DNA of 64,000 bases from Mobula hypostoma (Eukaryota), in NCBI RefSeq assembly GCF_963921235.1, contig NC_086097.1, forward strand, positions 26,600,001-26,664,000, written 5' to 3'. Shown piece by piece: positions 48,636 to 63,144 of the stretch. Made by a program: the position numbers and the translations under genes. Positions within the stretch are counted from its first letter, which is position 1. Every line of letters starts with the position of its first letter. Below the pieces are notes generated by a model that was not told the DNA's origin, searched no databases, and worked only from the letters and a program-made list of their open reading frames with translations.

Positions 48636-51600
48636 GGGTTGCGTAAGGAATGGTGCAGCGGGGAAATCGTACCCTATCATGGGGCAAACTCCACGCAGAC
48701 CACATCCATGGTTAGAACTGAATTTGGGTCGCAAGAGTTGTGCAGTGCTGTCCCCTTGTGCCACCGGCCTAAGAATTTGATTTTTCACTCAAACATCTAC
48801 AAACTTTTCCCTGTTATCACATAAACAGCATACACTAGTATTAGAATGAAACAATTTGTGATGTCACATGGACCAGGCAGCATCACAAGCATTATTTGTG
48901 CATAAGATTACAAACTATAAGAGCACTTCTCATGTCTCTAAAAGCAGCAATGGAAGAGAAGATTGCAGCATTTTTCTAAGGCGGCTCCTTAATACAAGAG
49001 GTAAGTCATAGAACATTATAGACATGCAGCACGGAAACTGACCCTTCAGCCCATCAAGTCCATGCTGATCATCAGCACCTATTTTAGATTCCGATTTATT
49101 TAGATGCAGATTCGTTTATCACATGTATATTGAAACATACTGTACAGTGAAATCTGTTGTTTACATTAATATCTAACATAACCCAAGGATGTGCTGAGGG
49201 TAGCTGTAAGAGTTGCCACACATTCCAGTGCCAAAATGGCACTCCACAATGTTCAGCAAAACAACACAAGCAAGTAATCCTTCCTAACCCATTTTATTTT
49301 TCAGATTTTCCTATTAACTCCCATAAATTCTACCACTCACCTATATTCTAGAAATAATTTACAGTGGCCAATTAACCTATCAATTTGTGCATCTTTGAAA
49401 TATGGGAGGGAACTGGGGCTTTGGGGAGAAGCCTACACAGTCACAGGAAGAACATGAAAAATCCATACAGGCAGCACCAGAGGTCAGGATGCTCATCCGG
49501 CAGCAGCTATCAATTGTGCCACTGTGTTGCCCATGTTGGGAGAAGCCCAAGTGGGTATGTAGTGTTGAGAAAGGAAAATGAAGATTATGTAGCTGAACAG
49601 GATATTCACCAGAATTTTCACTAGGAATGAAGAGAGACTGTAAAAGCTTGGTTTACTTTCTTTGGAGCAGAGAAAACAGAGGCTTGATTAAGGTAGAAGA
49701 TTAGCTTTATTTGTTAGATGTACATTTAAATATACAGTTAAGTGCTTCATTTGCGTCAATAAGCAACACAGTCCGAGGATGTGCTGGGGGCAGCCTGCAA
49801 ATATCACCATGCTGCAAGAGCCAACATAGCATACTCACAACTTACTAACACTAACCCACTATGTCTTTGGAATGGGGGAGGAAACCAGAACACCTGGAGA
49901 AAATAGTCACAGGAGAATGTACACTCCTTCCAGACAGCAGCAAGAATTGAACCCCAATCATTGATTGCTGGCACTGTAAAGGACTGTGATAACTGCTATG
50001 CTATCATGCCACCCAGGTACAGTAAAGCTCCACTAATCCAGCACACTGAAAATTTGGTGGTGCCAGACTGGCAGATTTTTAACATTATTGGATATTATCC
50101 AATAAAATTTTAATTCTTTTTAGGTGCTATTTGGTACAGTAGTATAAATTTTCCAGTGAACCCAGTAAGTTTCAAGAGAGCATAGGAAATGGATCCAGAT
50201 GATTTTAAAAGGAGATCAAAAACTAGATGGCATGGTACTGTAGTGGTCAGCGTAATGCTATTACAGCCCCAGTGACCCGGGTTCAATTCCATTGCTGCCT
50301 GTAAGGAAGTTCTCAACATCTTTAAAGAAGTTTCGTTAAAATTTGTACAGAAGTAATGTCTGTAAGAAATACTCATTTAAGGAGTATTTAAATAAGTACA
50401 TTTTCCCCATGACCCTATGGGTTTCCTCAGGATGCTCCAGTTTCCTCCCATATTCCAAAGATGTATGATTTAGGATTAGTGACTTGTGGGCATGCTACGT
50501 TGCCCCAGAAGCCTGGCAACACTTGCAGACTGCTCCCAGAACCGTGTCATTGATGCAAACAAAGCATTTTACTGTATGTTTCAATATACACGTGACAAAT
50601 AAATCTAATTTTCTACTTTAAGCAAACCTCTACTTTTTCTCTCCAAGAAAAACCCTGCTTTCCCTGCTCCAAAGAAAGTAAACTCTATCTTTCCAGTCAT
50701 AGAAGTACGAGTTGAGTGCTGGGAAATGCAATTAGTTTTGATAAGTGCTAGATGGATGGCACAGACACAGTAGGCCAAAGAGCCTGTTTCTGTACTGTAT
50801 CATTGTAATACTGACTAATTACTTTACAACCTAGGGTTCAGCCAATGAAAAGAGCACTTACCAAAAGTTCTAAAGAACAAGACACTTTCCTTTTTATTAA
50901 CAAATGTAACAACTCTATTGAATGAACAGTGACATGGGACGGAGGAGAGAAAAATTAATTGTAAACTGTATCTACTTCAGCTGGCTCAGTTCTCAGTGAA
51001 GTGGAGTCACTGTATAGGATGAAAGATGAACTGTTTCACTTTCACGGCTTCCACTCCTAAACCAAAATCACACCATCAATTTACAATGCCCAAATGTTTA
51101 TCTGTTATTGGAATGGAGGGCTGCAGTTAGAAAATGAGTTTAGATAGGCTGGGCTTATTCTCACTGTAATATAGGAGGTTGAGGAGAGAATTTAGAGGTT
51201 TATAAAATTATGAGGGGCATCAATAGGATAGATAGTCAGAATCTTAATCTCAGGACAGAGTTTAAAACTGAGAAAGGAGACATTTAAAGGAGGTCTGAGA
51301 GTTAAGTATTTCACACATGGGCGCAGATTAGCTGGAATGAGCTACCAGGTAAGATGGTAGACACAGATACAATTGTGACATTTAAAAGGCATTTGGACAG
51401 GTACTTTAGATAGGAAAGGTGAAGAGGGACACAGGCCTAATGCAAGCAAATGGGATTATGTAGGCAGACATCAGGGTCAGGAAGAACGAGGTGGACCAAT
51501 AGGGTCCATTTCTATGCAGTATGATTCGATGTTATGGAAGCCTGATGTCCTAGACACCACTAACTCATTTACTGAAATGTACAAGAGGAAGGGCCTTACA

Positions 51601-52649
51601 TTAAACATCTGAAAGTCAAAGGCCCTCTACCAATCTGCCCCTCAACATTACACTACACTTCCATCAATTAAGATCACCAAGAGAAAACATGATCATTTTC
51701 TATACCTTGGGAGCCAGAATACCAGGGCACCCAACATAGCACTTTGTCTCTGATAAAAAGTGTTCAATACACAGAACTTCAAACTTAACACCAATGAGTG
51801 ATCCCTATCTCTCTGCATATTTCAGAAACAGAAACAACCTACAATACATACATCAAGGGATTGGGGAAGTACCAGGAATATCTTCTCCACAAAATTGTCT
51901 TAATCCATTGGCACTAGACAAACCATGTTAGTGTCCTCTCCCAAACCAATGCCCCCAGTATCAACCTTAATCATACATGACCATCTCTGGTAGGCATGCT
52001 ACATCATTTGCCTGCATAATACCAAACTTCAAAAATAAGCACTCTACTCTGAGTTTTGTCACAGCAACTTATTTTGAGAACAGAGGAAATATGTCAAGGA
52101 AATTGCCAGAGTGTCTTTTAAAACGGAGTCATTGGGATCCCTGGTCCTTGACCAGTTATAGAATCAGTCACACACCATGGCAAAAGGCCCTTCAGTCCAA
52201 CTATACCATGCAGACAAGATACTACATCCAAGTTAGTCCCTTTTTCCAATGTTTGGCCTATAGTCTTCTAAACCTTTCAATATGCCTGTCCAACTCTTTT
52301 TAAAGTTGTTCTTTTTGTAAGAGTCACCCAGAAAAACACTAAGAATCTCCAGTGTATGAAATGGGAGTACACAGAGGGCACATACAAAAAGCAAAATGTA
52401 CAGCCAATGTCCCAAACAACCCATCACATACAAGTATCACATACACCACTCATGACAGTGTCTGTGGACCTGCATTAAGTTCTTCAGAAACCTCAGAACC
52501 TACAGATTTAGAATAAAAGCAACCTTGAGCAACTGTCCAAGAAAAATAATTGGCCAAAAGAGATCATTAACAAAAGGTGCTACGTTTGAAACTGGAATTT
52601 AACACTCCATTTGAGTAGCAGGGCTGAAAGCTTACTTAGTCTACAGATA

Positions 52650-52781
52650 ACAGGAATTCTGCAGATGCTGGAAATTCAAGCAAATTCCTGATGAAGAGTC
52701 TCGGCCTGAAACGTCAACTGTACCTCTTTCTAGAGATGCTGCCTGGCCTGCTGCGTTCACCAGCAACTTTGATGTGTGTTG
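52650..52781. mobile_element. Inverted Penelope-like mini-insertion with a hammerhead core
   Basis: Perfect 14-bp TSD ttagtctacagata (52636-52649, 52782-52795); CTGATGA..GAAAcgtc at 52688-52715. Confidence 0.85.
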
Positions 52782-53333
52782 TTAGTCTACAGATATTAAT
52801 TATAGTGTATAAGTCCAAAGAGAAAGGAATGGCCTCTTAAACATAACCTACTCTGTCCTTAACAGGACATATACGATCATTTGGATTACTTTGGCATTTA
52901 AATCTTGGGTGTTAGATTTTTTTTGAATACTGTAATGATAAAATACCAATAGTTTATGGAGAATAAATTCCCTGATTAGGGCAGTTCAGCAGTGCAGCTT
53001 CGTAGCGCTGCTGCCTCAGAAACCCAGTGAGCAGAGTTCAATCCTGACCATGTGTGCTGTCTGTGTGGAGTTTGCACATTCTCCATGCATGGATTTCTAC
53101 CAGTTACTCCAGTTTCCTCCAACTTCCTAAAACTGTGCAGATTGGTAGATTAATTGTCCACTGCAAATTGCTCCCAGTATACGGCAGAAAATAAGAGACT
53201 TGATAGGAATGTGGAGAGGATAAAATGAGATCCACATAATATTAGTGAGAATGTGTGCCTGATGGTTGGCATAGACTCAGTAGATCGAAGGGATTATTTC
53301 CATGCCATATCTGTAGGTCCAGGTTCATAGACT

Positions 53334-54185
53334 GAATCAGAATCAGATTTAATATCACCAGCATATGTCATGAAATTTGTTAACTTAGCAGCAGCAATAC
53401 AATACATGATAATATAGAAAGAAAGATAAATAAATAAATTACAGTAAGAATACCTATATATTAAATAGTTAAATTTAAAATATTGCAAAAACAGAAATAA
53501 TTTTTTTTAAATGAGGTAGGGTTCCTCATGGGTTCAATGTCCATTTAGGAATCAGATGGCAGAGATAAAGAAGTTGTTCCTGAATTGCTGAGTGTGTGAC
53601 TTGAGGCTTCTGTACCTTCTTCCTGACGGTAACAATTAGAAGAGGGCATGTCCTAGGTGATGAGGTTCCTTAATAATGGGTGCCGTCTTTCTGAAGCACC
53701 ACTCCTTGAAGATGTCTTGGATACTACAGAGGCTGGTACCCAATATGGAGCTGACTAATTTTACAACTTTCTGTAGCTTCCTTCAATCCTGTGCAGCAAC
53801 TCCTGAGCGCCCTCTCATCTCCATCTGAGATTCTGCCAACAATGGTTGTATCATCAGCGAATTTATAGATGGCACTTAAGCTATGCCTAGCCACACAGTC
53901 ATGCGTATAGAGAGAGTAGAGAAGTGGGCCAAGCACACATCCCTGAGGTGTGTCACTGTTGATCATCAGCAAGGAAGGAGATATTATTACCAATCTGCAC
54001 AGATCGTGTTTTTCTGGTCAGGAAGTTGAGGATTCAATTGCAGAGGAAAGTACAGAGGCCCAGGTTCTCTAGTTTATCAATCAAGATTGTAGGAATTAAG
54101 GTGTTAAATACTGAGCTACAGTCAACGAACAGCATCCTGACATAGGTGTTCATATTGTCCAAGTGATCTAAGGCGATGTGAAGCA
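53334..54185 (-). mobile_element. Rex1/Babar LINE RT and 3' fragment with an internal deletion
   Basis: [56 protein letters not shown]; (TCTGAT)n tail. Confidence 0.9.
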
Positions 54186-57100
54186 TGTTGAACTGATGTT
54201 GCTGAATTTCAGTAAAGTGTGAAAGATCCTTTCCAAAACTCATTATGACCTACAAACCACTGTTTCAAGTAAAAATTGATGAAATTCATCTTTTGTTTCA
54301 AGTTTATCACTATTTCTCTCCTACTAATTTCAAATTGCTACTGTCATGAATTTTGCCTTTTTCTATTGGTTTCTTAATATGCAGGTTCATTTTCTTCTCG
54401 ATGATTGCTTCCAAATTGCTGATATTTATCCAGATGTTAATTCAATAATTTACTTGCTGGTGCTCTTCTCTTCTTGAGATCCACTGTAAACTCTTGGCTC
54501 GTTGCGTTAAAAGTTTGGTGCTCTGTTGATTAATTGTGCCAAGTTAGGTGAAGCTCTAAGAGCAGCTCCAAATCTTTTCTTACAAACCTATGCAAATTCA
54601 ATTTTGTAAGCATTTACTCAGGAACTCACAGTTCGCCCTTCAAAGTTATCTGCACTTTATGCAATAGTTTAAGAGAAATATGTTCAAGTATACACACCCT
54701 CTTGAAAATGCATATTAATTATTCAAAATAAAAATTTCTTCTCATTTGGTTTTAACAACCCCCAATTCAGCTTATATAACTCAATAAGATACTGTGATGT
54801 AATGAAACCCAAATTTACTTTCATTATGAATTTCCTTTTGATATGTGATTGAAAATAATTACCAACTAGAGTTATTATAGTATGGAAAAAGACTGTGCCA
54901 ACTATAATGCATCCAATTTATAGTAGTCCTATTTTATTCCCCTACTTCCATCAACTCCCTACCCCCTCCCCAGATTCTGCTACTCACCTATACATGGAGG
55001 CAATTTACAATAGCCAATTAGCCTTCCATCTCGCATTCCCTTGGGATATGGGTGGAAACCCACGCAATCACAGGGAGGACATGCAAACTCCACACAGACA
55101 GCACTGGATGTCGAAACTAAAACAGATCACTGGGGCTACAAGGCACCAACTTAACCAGCTGCACCACTGGGCTGCCCCAGAGTTTGAGGAGTAAGTAGTC
55201 ACTCCTTTAAAATTGTTCCCAACGTTTAATCTTCCAGTGCTAAACCAGTTCAAATGGGTTGAGAGCATGCCAGTGTTAGCTACTAATTATGTACGTCATT
55301 AAAATGTCAAAATAATACATTTACTTGCAACCTTTTTCAATAATCTGAAGTTTATGAGGCTCAAAAAATAATGAACAGAATATTCAAAAAGATCAGCCCT
55401 CCTGAGTACAATGACTTCTAGTACAAGACAATTTACATTCACCAAAAGCATTCTCACACCTACCTACAATATATAAAAATGCTTACGTAGGTCAATGCAA
55501 CTGTAATGTAAAAATGTCTAGACTTGGGCATTGCATTTCTATGATACTTTAATAAAGGTTCCATTGCTGTTCTCTACAATTAAAACACACAATGTCAATT
55601 AAAATTCTTGTCAGATGGGGCTCTAAAATATTTCTTCAATGGACATGTTCTGTTGGCAATTAACACAAGTAAACGTTCTAATTATTGACATTAAAAACAA
55701 CATTTTACATATGTTAATTTGATTATTTTAAAATTGAAGTCTAAAGGGGGTAATTAGAAAATGCAAATTGGAGGGGAGAGGAAAGAGCACTTAGAACAAG
55801 GGGAAAGAACAATGCCATATACAACCTTGAAATTTGTCTCCTTACAGGCAGCTGACTTCCCATATCCATTTTCCATAATACTCAGCTCATTCAAAACCAA
55901 AATATTCTTACCTTATTCTCTTGCACAGTTATTCACATTGGTAAGAATAATTAAAAATCATTGAAGTGTTGAAAAATCATTAGTTGGCAGTATCTCAACC
56001 CAAAACATCAATAGTTCCTTCCCTTTCCTCCCCACCCCCCACACCAACAGATGCTGCTCGACCTAATGTACATTTCTTGTCTCTCAGAAATTTAGGTGTC
56101 TTTATACACAGAACCCAAACAATCATGAAAGCAAAGTCAGAGTTAACAAGAATAAGACTTTCTGCAATCATATCGTATTTTGACAAAGATCATGCCTGGA
56201 ATATTAGTAGTAGGAAATTAACACCTTGTGTCTGCTCTGTAATCCAATGAATTCATGACTGGTCTATTTAGCTTGCTGCTAATTTTCTCTACTACAGCCT
56301 TCATTTTCTTAAAATCCAAAAATATATTACATGCATGGAAAAACATATTTGCCTTAATGAGCGGTTCAGCAAAGATTCACAAGATTGATTAGTGGGGTGA
56401 GAGCCTTACCTATGAAGGAGATTAAGTAGAATGGGTGTCGATACTTGTGTTTGGGGAATGACAGATTATCAACTAAGGAGTCCAAAAAAAACGGGTTTTG
56501 ACTCATTCATCCTTCTACAGTTTTTGCCCCTTGTCCCTTGAGTTACTGCAGTTTTCATTATTTCCCTACTATTACTGTGTATTGTAATACATTAGTTATA
56601 CACTATTATCATGGTTTCCTTCAAATTTACTTTTGTTTGTTCATTGAATGCAGATCCCGACTTAACATTTAAAATTTAAAATACATCTAAAATTGCCTAT
56701 CAAAGTACAGAGTAAATTTATTATCCAAGTACATATAAGTTACTATATTGAGATTGATTTTCTTGAAAAATAGAATTTTATGAAAAATGATTTGTAAACA
56801 TATACTAACAAACAACCAAAGTGCAACTAAAAATTAATACTCAAAACGTGAATTGTAAGAGTCCTTGAAAGTGAGTCTGCAAGTCGTAAAATCAGTTGAG
56901 AGTAGTGGTGATTGAAGTTATCCACACCAAATCAGAAGCCTGACTGACAGTTGTTGGGTAATAACTGTTCCTGACCTTGTGTGTGGCACCTAAGGCCTCT
57001 GCACCTCCCGCCTCAGACCCCTAAGGAACCACCATCATGTAGATTTCTCTCAGATATCATATAAAAAAATCAAATTAAGTCTTCTCTTTAAATTGACAAG

Positions 57101-58334
57101 TTTAAGTCTCATGCTTCTCAAATGCTCAATATTCAGACCAACCAACCAAGTGTGATATTTTGTAATCAAATCACAAGGGAAAATTATAAAGATTTCCATG
57201 TCAGTTGTCAAACCAGAAAGTAACAATATTGTCTATGCAAAAGTTCAGCTGATGTCCTCATGCACATCCACCAGTTATATTTGCACAGAATTAAGGCAGG
57301 TACTGTGAGAAATTATGCAATTGATGGATTTAAATTTTAGAAAAGTGAATTGGAGAGTACATTTGTGTGAAGGTAGAGCCACCAATCAGTTACAGTATGT
57401 GCCCACCATCAAACATTTGCACGTCAACAATTTACAAAAATGACCAAAATAATCCCAGCTTTTTCCAAAATTCAATCAATATTATAAACTGTACCTAAAC
57501 AATTTACTCTATAGTTATTTTTTAAATGGTCAGATTTTAATTTATAGAGTATGCCAAACATTTCACTGTAAATAAATTACTTCAGAAATGCAGTTAATGT
57601 TGTTAATGTAACCAAACACCAGGAATAAATGATGGCCAAGATACCAGGAAAATTATTTGCAGCAGTTTTTCAAAACAATAGCTGTGAGTCTCATACATCC
57701 ACTTGAATTGTACATGTGGGTTTAGTTTAACATTTCATTTAAAAGACATGTTAGCACATGCAGCACTCCATCAGTAGTCTACATTAACTGTATTATTTGA
57801 GTCCAAATGAGTTGTGAACCAATAATCTGTTAACTCAAAAGCAATTACACCGTTATTGAACTGGTACTTAAACACAACATTGCTTAGAATAGTTCTTTGC
57901 AATCTAGATTATGGTAATACTGTCTCTAAAAATCACATCATTTATACCAGCTCCATGTAGAGCCTAGGAAAGCAATCTCATCAATCCCATTCCTCTATTT
58001 TTCAAATTATTCTCTCAATGCGCAAGAATGTTTTACCCTATATCCTCCTTAAATATCTGTTTTCCCAGATTTTATAATTTGTGCTCCCTAGTTTCTGCCA
58101 ACAGATTTGGTCTGTCTACTTTATCCAAGCCAATAACATTCATGCCTGAACTATAATCTGCATTGAAGGATGAAATCCTGTCAGAGTGTTCAGAGTCAAA
58201 AGCTACGCAGTTTATCAAATATCAACTGACCTAGAGATTAAGTGGAATGGTCCAGTTTGTGGATAATGAAAAGTTATGTATTTGAATCTGAGTAATTCCA
58301 GACACATGTATCTCAAGTAAATATATCTGTTTAT

Positions 58335-58390
58335 CTTGAAACCTTCCAAAGTGCAAATTCACGGTCTCATGAGACTAACGGATGCCTATC
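58335..58390 (+). mobile_element. 56-nt insertion consisting only of the type-A tail
   Basis: Matches the 3' end of the 5748-6058 SINE; 13-bp TSD tata(t/c)ctgtttat (58322-58334, 58391-58403). Confidence 0.7.
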
Positions 58391-59044
58391 TATACCTGTT
58401 TATGGTAATGAAGAGAGGGGATAACATGGAGCTCATAGACATCACACTTTGGAAGTCCAAAACCAATATTACAACTGCTGGGAAAAACAAATGTTAAAAT
58501 TTATGAAGAGTACGACGTGAAACTGGAAACATATACTAAAAGCATTAGTTATAGCTGAAAGAGGCAATGTTTCAAGGATATTCTCACAGTCTCCTTGAAA
58601 ATATAACATCCTCCCTGATGTGGAAATCTCTGGCCCATGACCAATCAAAATGAAGAAATTCCAGGACAACACTGAGAACATCAAATCTCTTCATCTGTCT
58701 ATGCAAAGACCCACTGAAAATTGTACAAAGAAGACATCAGTTCCCATCCCACTCACCCGCCCTGTCAAACACTTCTTGCCTCAGCAGTGCTCTCTGCTGA
58801 TCCAACATTAGCCTCACCAGCTACCTCAGAATCCATGGATCAGGAGTTGAAACAAGTTATCCTCAAGTTTACTTAAAGAGAAAAATTGCAGGTACAACTA
58901 GAATAGTATGTCCAGTTTTGATGTCCTTACAGAGAGATGCTGAGGCAAACAACCAAAATGAAGCATGAGGTTTAGCTAAAAGCTAAACTTTTAGCTTTAG
59001 AAGCTGGGCTTTTATAAACTGGGAACATAATTGACATTTTTGAA

Positions 59045-59607
59045 TACCATGTCCCATTCCGATTCTGACACGTCTATCCACGGCCTCCTCTACTGTCAAG
59101 ATGAAGCCACACTCAGGTTGGAGGAATAACACCTTATATTCCCTCTGGGTAGCCTCCAACCTGATAGCGTGAATATTGACTTCTCTAACTTCCGTTAATG
59201 CCCCTCCTCCCGTTCACACCCCATCCTTTATTTATTCATTTAATATAATCCCCCCCCTTTTTTCTCCCTCTGTCCCTCTCACAGTAACTCCTTCCTGCTC
59301 TCCACCCTCCAGGCTCCCCTCCCCCCTTCTCTCTCTCTCCCCAGGCTTCCCGTCCCATGACCCGCTCCCTTCTCCAGCCTCGTATCCCTTTTGCCAATCA
59401 CCTGTCCAGCTCTTGGCTCCATCCCTCCCCCTCCTGTCTTCTATCATTTCAGATCTCCCCCTCCCCCTACCACTTTCAAATCTCTTACTATCTCTTCTTT
59501 CAGTTAGTCCTGACGAAGGGTCCCAGCCTGAAACGTTGACTGTACCTTTTCCTATAGATGCTGCCTGGCCTGCTGTGCTCCACCAGCATTTTTTGTGTGT
59601 GTTGCTT
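59045..59607 (+). mobile_element. Penelope-like 3' fragment (GIY-YIG C-terminus plus 3' region)
   Basis: SHSDSDTSIHGLLYCQDEATLRLEE*HLIFPLGSLQPDSVNIDFSNFR*, then a pyrimidine-rich UTR and a hammerhead motif. Confidence 0.85.
59505..59542 (+). ncRNA. Minimal type I hammerhead ribozyme motif
   Basis: tagtc-CTGACGA-agg gtcccag cct-GAAA-cgtt-gactg; all core nucleotides are intact. Confidence 0.65.
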
Positions 59608-59967
59608 CTAACTCACAGAAGTCTTTATGCGTGTATGTGTAATGATATTAAAGATAAGTAGGTGTCAGGAACTAATCCCTTCATGTGAAGTAGTTCCTTC
59701 AATCCCTTGCAGCTTAATGGTACCTAATGTACTTTCACAAGATCAACTTAAACACTTAATAGGAGCAAAATGCCATTATTTTATCGCCAGTGCTTAGAAT
59801 TAAGGAACAAGCTATCCTTGTAGGGGGTAAGATGGGCCTCCGCAATTCTTGATGATTAAAAAAGACCAAATTTTACTAGCCATTTTAAATCTGCAACATT
59901 TATATTGTAATCTGATTTTATACAGAAATGTCTATACAGTAGTAGTAACCTGAATCTTAATACTTAC

Positions 59968-60021
59968 CTTGCCAAACTGCGTTTTACATTTATATATTAT
60001 TAAAATATTTCATTTTGATAC
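59968..60021 (-). other. Candidate 54-nt non-coding exon 2
   Basis: ttttttacttgaattacacag|GTATC...GGCAAG|gtaagta: consensus donor and plausible acceptor, 2 kb downstream of the exon-1 donor. Confidence 0.5.
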
Positions 60022-62048
60022 CTGTGTAATTCAAGTAAAAAACGCTGAAATCAGTCTACGCCTGCCACCTCTCTAAGAGACTTTAGGGACCAACCACCAG
60101 TATGATAAATTCCTTGAATGAATACACATTGTCAACTGATTGCTGCACCACTTCGAGTAACTAATCCAGTACTATTATGAAAAAAAATGTTGTGCAGTCG
60201 ACAAGTATCCGAACTAAATGGCATGTATCGACGAATACTTCAGTAACCCGGTAGTTCAAAGTTTCCATGTCTCGAACCATAAGGGTAGGTTGACCTTAAA
60301 TTCCCCATACACTATTGGCCTGAAGTACGCGATTGGCATCTGTAAACAACAGGTACCTGTGGTTGCTTTACGAAGGTTTGAGAAACATTTTGTTGAAAAA
60401 GCAATTGAACACTAACGGTGTTTTGTAATACATTAAACAATGTTAAAAGCTCTCAAATGCAGCTATTTGTTAGAAAAGGCCTCAACTTTCCTTGCAAACG
60501 TATGCACTCGGTATACTTGTTTCATGCTGTGACGAAATGAACTTGCCTTTATTGTAATGCGTGAATCAACGTTTATATATATTTTTAAATCATCAAAATC
60601 TCAGCTCGTTCAAAATAAACATTTAATTTAAAGCTCGGAGAGCGAAATCTGATCCCATGCCTACAAAGTGGGCGCAAGTGATTTGATTGTATACTGTTTG
60701 GTCTGCGTGGCAATTCCTCCACACACATACCATCTGGTTTACATTACGTACGGAAAGAAAATCACAAGACTCCTGCCCACAATCCCTTGCCTTCTATTTT
60801 TGGAAAAGTACGAAGCTGGCAAAGCACTCTGAGTCTTTATAGATAGCACAAGCGTTGTTTTCCACGGAAGGCAGTCGTGTTTATAGGGTTTTTGTCAAGT
60901 CCCATTACACAGAACAGATTTGCCGATTCAAGCACTACAGCGCCGCTAAGCATTGGATTGTGCAATCGCGTGAACTTTATAATCTGGGTTAATTGCTGGT
61001 AGATCTTTTCATTAGGCCACCTAACTGTCAAAGGTCAAGTGGCATATCGCTGTCTATGGCTTTCTCTGGAGGAGTTGGTCGCCACATAAACAGTTTGTCT
61101 GTCACCTTGGATTAAATAGCACGGGCTAAAGCTCACGAGTTTGCGAGCAGGAAACGACCCGTGTGTTTGTGGGAGAGATCGCAACACGGGGAAAGCCCGT
61201 GACATTTGCACTTCTCCCTGTCTTTCGCCCTTCGTGCAAATGTAGCATTTTCTTTCGCAGGTCAAACGTATCTGGCGCCACAATATTGAAAGTAAGACTG
61301 TGGTTTAAAATTAGGGAAGGATTCCCAGAATGAGAAATGGTGGATGAGATGGAATTTTGATCGCAGTATCCACAGGGAAAATTCCATTACCCGAGCCACT
61401 GAGGGCATTGCCGTGTTGACAACTACATGGAGCGAAACGTCGCTCCCTCCAGGAAAGACCGACAGTGCGACATAATTTCAATAATAGCGAGCGGGTTTTA
61501 CAAAAGTAAAACCTAAATAAAAAAAACTTATCGTTAAAGAGTTAACATGAAAGGGGAAAGTGTGCATGCTGCTAAAAGTAATCTTTTTCTAAGGAGGTGT
61601 GCATTTACGTGACAGATGCCAGAACCACAGAAAGTGAACGAGGGAGTTAAAAATCTTTGCAAAGGTTTTAAACTAGCGGAGTCTCGGAAATGCGTCGTTT
61701 TTTTTGCGCATTTAAACCAAAGATCGGGATGCAATGTCATGAGTTGAGCTTTGGATATAAGGTCAAATTTCACCCCAGTGACGGTGGGTAGTGGATAAGG
61801 ATTTACACGGAGAACAGATAGATGCAAAATGATTGAAAAAAAAACAATGTTACAAACCAAAGTGCCAAGGGTTTTAAAAAACAAGAGAAATTACCACGTT
61901 AAACTGACGTGACACTCATCAACCTTGCTGGGTTTGCAACTTTACTGAGTCCGAGATAGGGTGGAGAGGAACGAATTATAAAAAAGGCAGCAAAATAAAA
62001 TGTTTACACCGAGCTAAGACATAATCAGACAGCTTGATGTCTACTTAC

Positions 62049-62305
62049 ACTTCATGTCATGCTAAGATGGCTGTTGACGAACACAAAAGGATTTTTTTGC
62101 AGCATTCGGGTCCCCCCCACCCGTCCGGGAAAAAAAGTGTTTATTTTTTTAAATAAAGGAGGGAGGAGAGAGTGATCGCTCAATAACGCTCGGATATCCC
62201 CAGCCGTCGCCAAGGAGACGAAGCAGCCAGCCTCAACTCCCTCCGCCACGGGGGCGGCGGCCTCCAGGCTCTGACCTCCCCAACCCTTCCTCCAGCCTCC
62301 CTAAC
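62049..62305 (-). other. Candidate non-coding first exon (5' end approximate)
   Basis: GC-rich leader downstream of TATA-like cataaaag; donor gaagt|gtaagtag at 62048; CpG-rich, repeat-free DNA extends ~2 kb to the left, as expected for intron 1 of a minus-strand gene. Confidence 0.55.
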
Positions 62306-62660
62306 CCACTTTCTACGCCCTCTTTCCGCACTTTTATGAAGTAAACCGCCCGCCTTTTGGGCCCGGCTCGCCCCGAAAACGGCCTGCGGGCCGCAAGCTT
62401 CGGTGGGAGGCACGGGGCTGGTGGGAACGGCGCCCGATGGCACAGCGAGCAACCAATAGGGGCGGGAGCGGGCGGTGCCAGCCGCCATCTCGACGTCGGA
62501 CGTTTTGGCGGTAATTTGCATGTGGCGGCGCCGTGCGCACGCGGGCCGGCACGTGCGACGGAAGGCGGTCGTGCGCGCGCGCGCGCTGCGCAGCCCCGGA
62601 GTGCGCGCAGTGCGCACGCCGGCTGCGGGTGGCGAGTCCGCCTGGGGTCGGCCGGGAGCA
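62180..62660 (-). promoter_or_regulatory. CpG-island promoter of an unidentified gene
   Basis: Very high GC and CpG content; TATA-like cataaaag (62331-62338, minus), CCAAT 62453-62457, GC box 62459-62467, YY1-like gccgccatct 62481-62490, E-box cacgtg ~62550, NRF1-like tgcgcacgc repeats. Confidence 0.8.
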
Positions 62661-63070
62661 GATTGAGTTTTATTACCATTTGTTTTATGTAATGTGAAAT
62701 TTCACAATCACTGTCAATGACATAGGTAGTGAAATTTGTTCTTACAGTGCAAGACATAAATATACTGCAAGTTACAATAGGAAATATATAACAAAAAGTA
62801 GTGCAAAAAGAGAGCCAAATAGTGAGGTAGTGTTCATGGATTTCATTGACAGTTCAGAAATCTGATGGCAGAGGGGAAGAAGCTGTTCCTGAAAGGTTGT
62901 GTGTGTGGCTTCAGCCTCCTGTACTTTCTCCCTGATGACAGGATCCAGAAGAGGGCATGTTCTGGGTCACAAGGTCCTTAACAATGGATGCCTCCGACTT
63001 GACCACTGCTTCCTGAAAATGTCCTTGATAGAGGGGAGCGTTGTGCCTGTCAAAGCAAGCGCCAAGTTTA
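62660..63070 (-). mobile_element. Rex1/Babar LINE 3' fragment
   Basis: HFQEAVVKSEASIVKD remnant; cagaaatctgatggcagaggggaagaagctgttcctga motif shared with the other Rex copies here. Confidence 0.8.
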
Positions 63071-63144
63071 TTGCATGCAATAGCATCACAGTGACAATAG
63101 ATAAATTGGTTTACTATTGTCACATGTACCAATGTACATGTGAG

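Noticed and set aside
62180..62757. Overlapping Arg/Ala/Pro-rich ORFs on both strands
   Set aside because: Stop-poor GC-rich promoter DNA with low-complexity translations and no recognisable domain.
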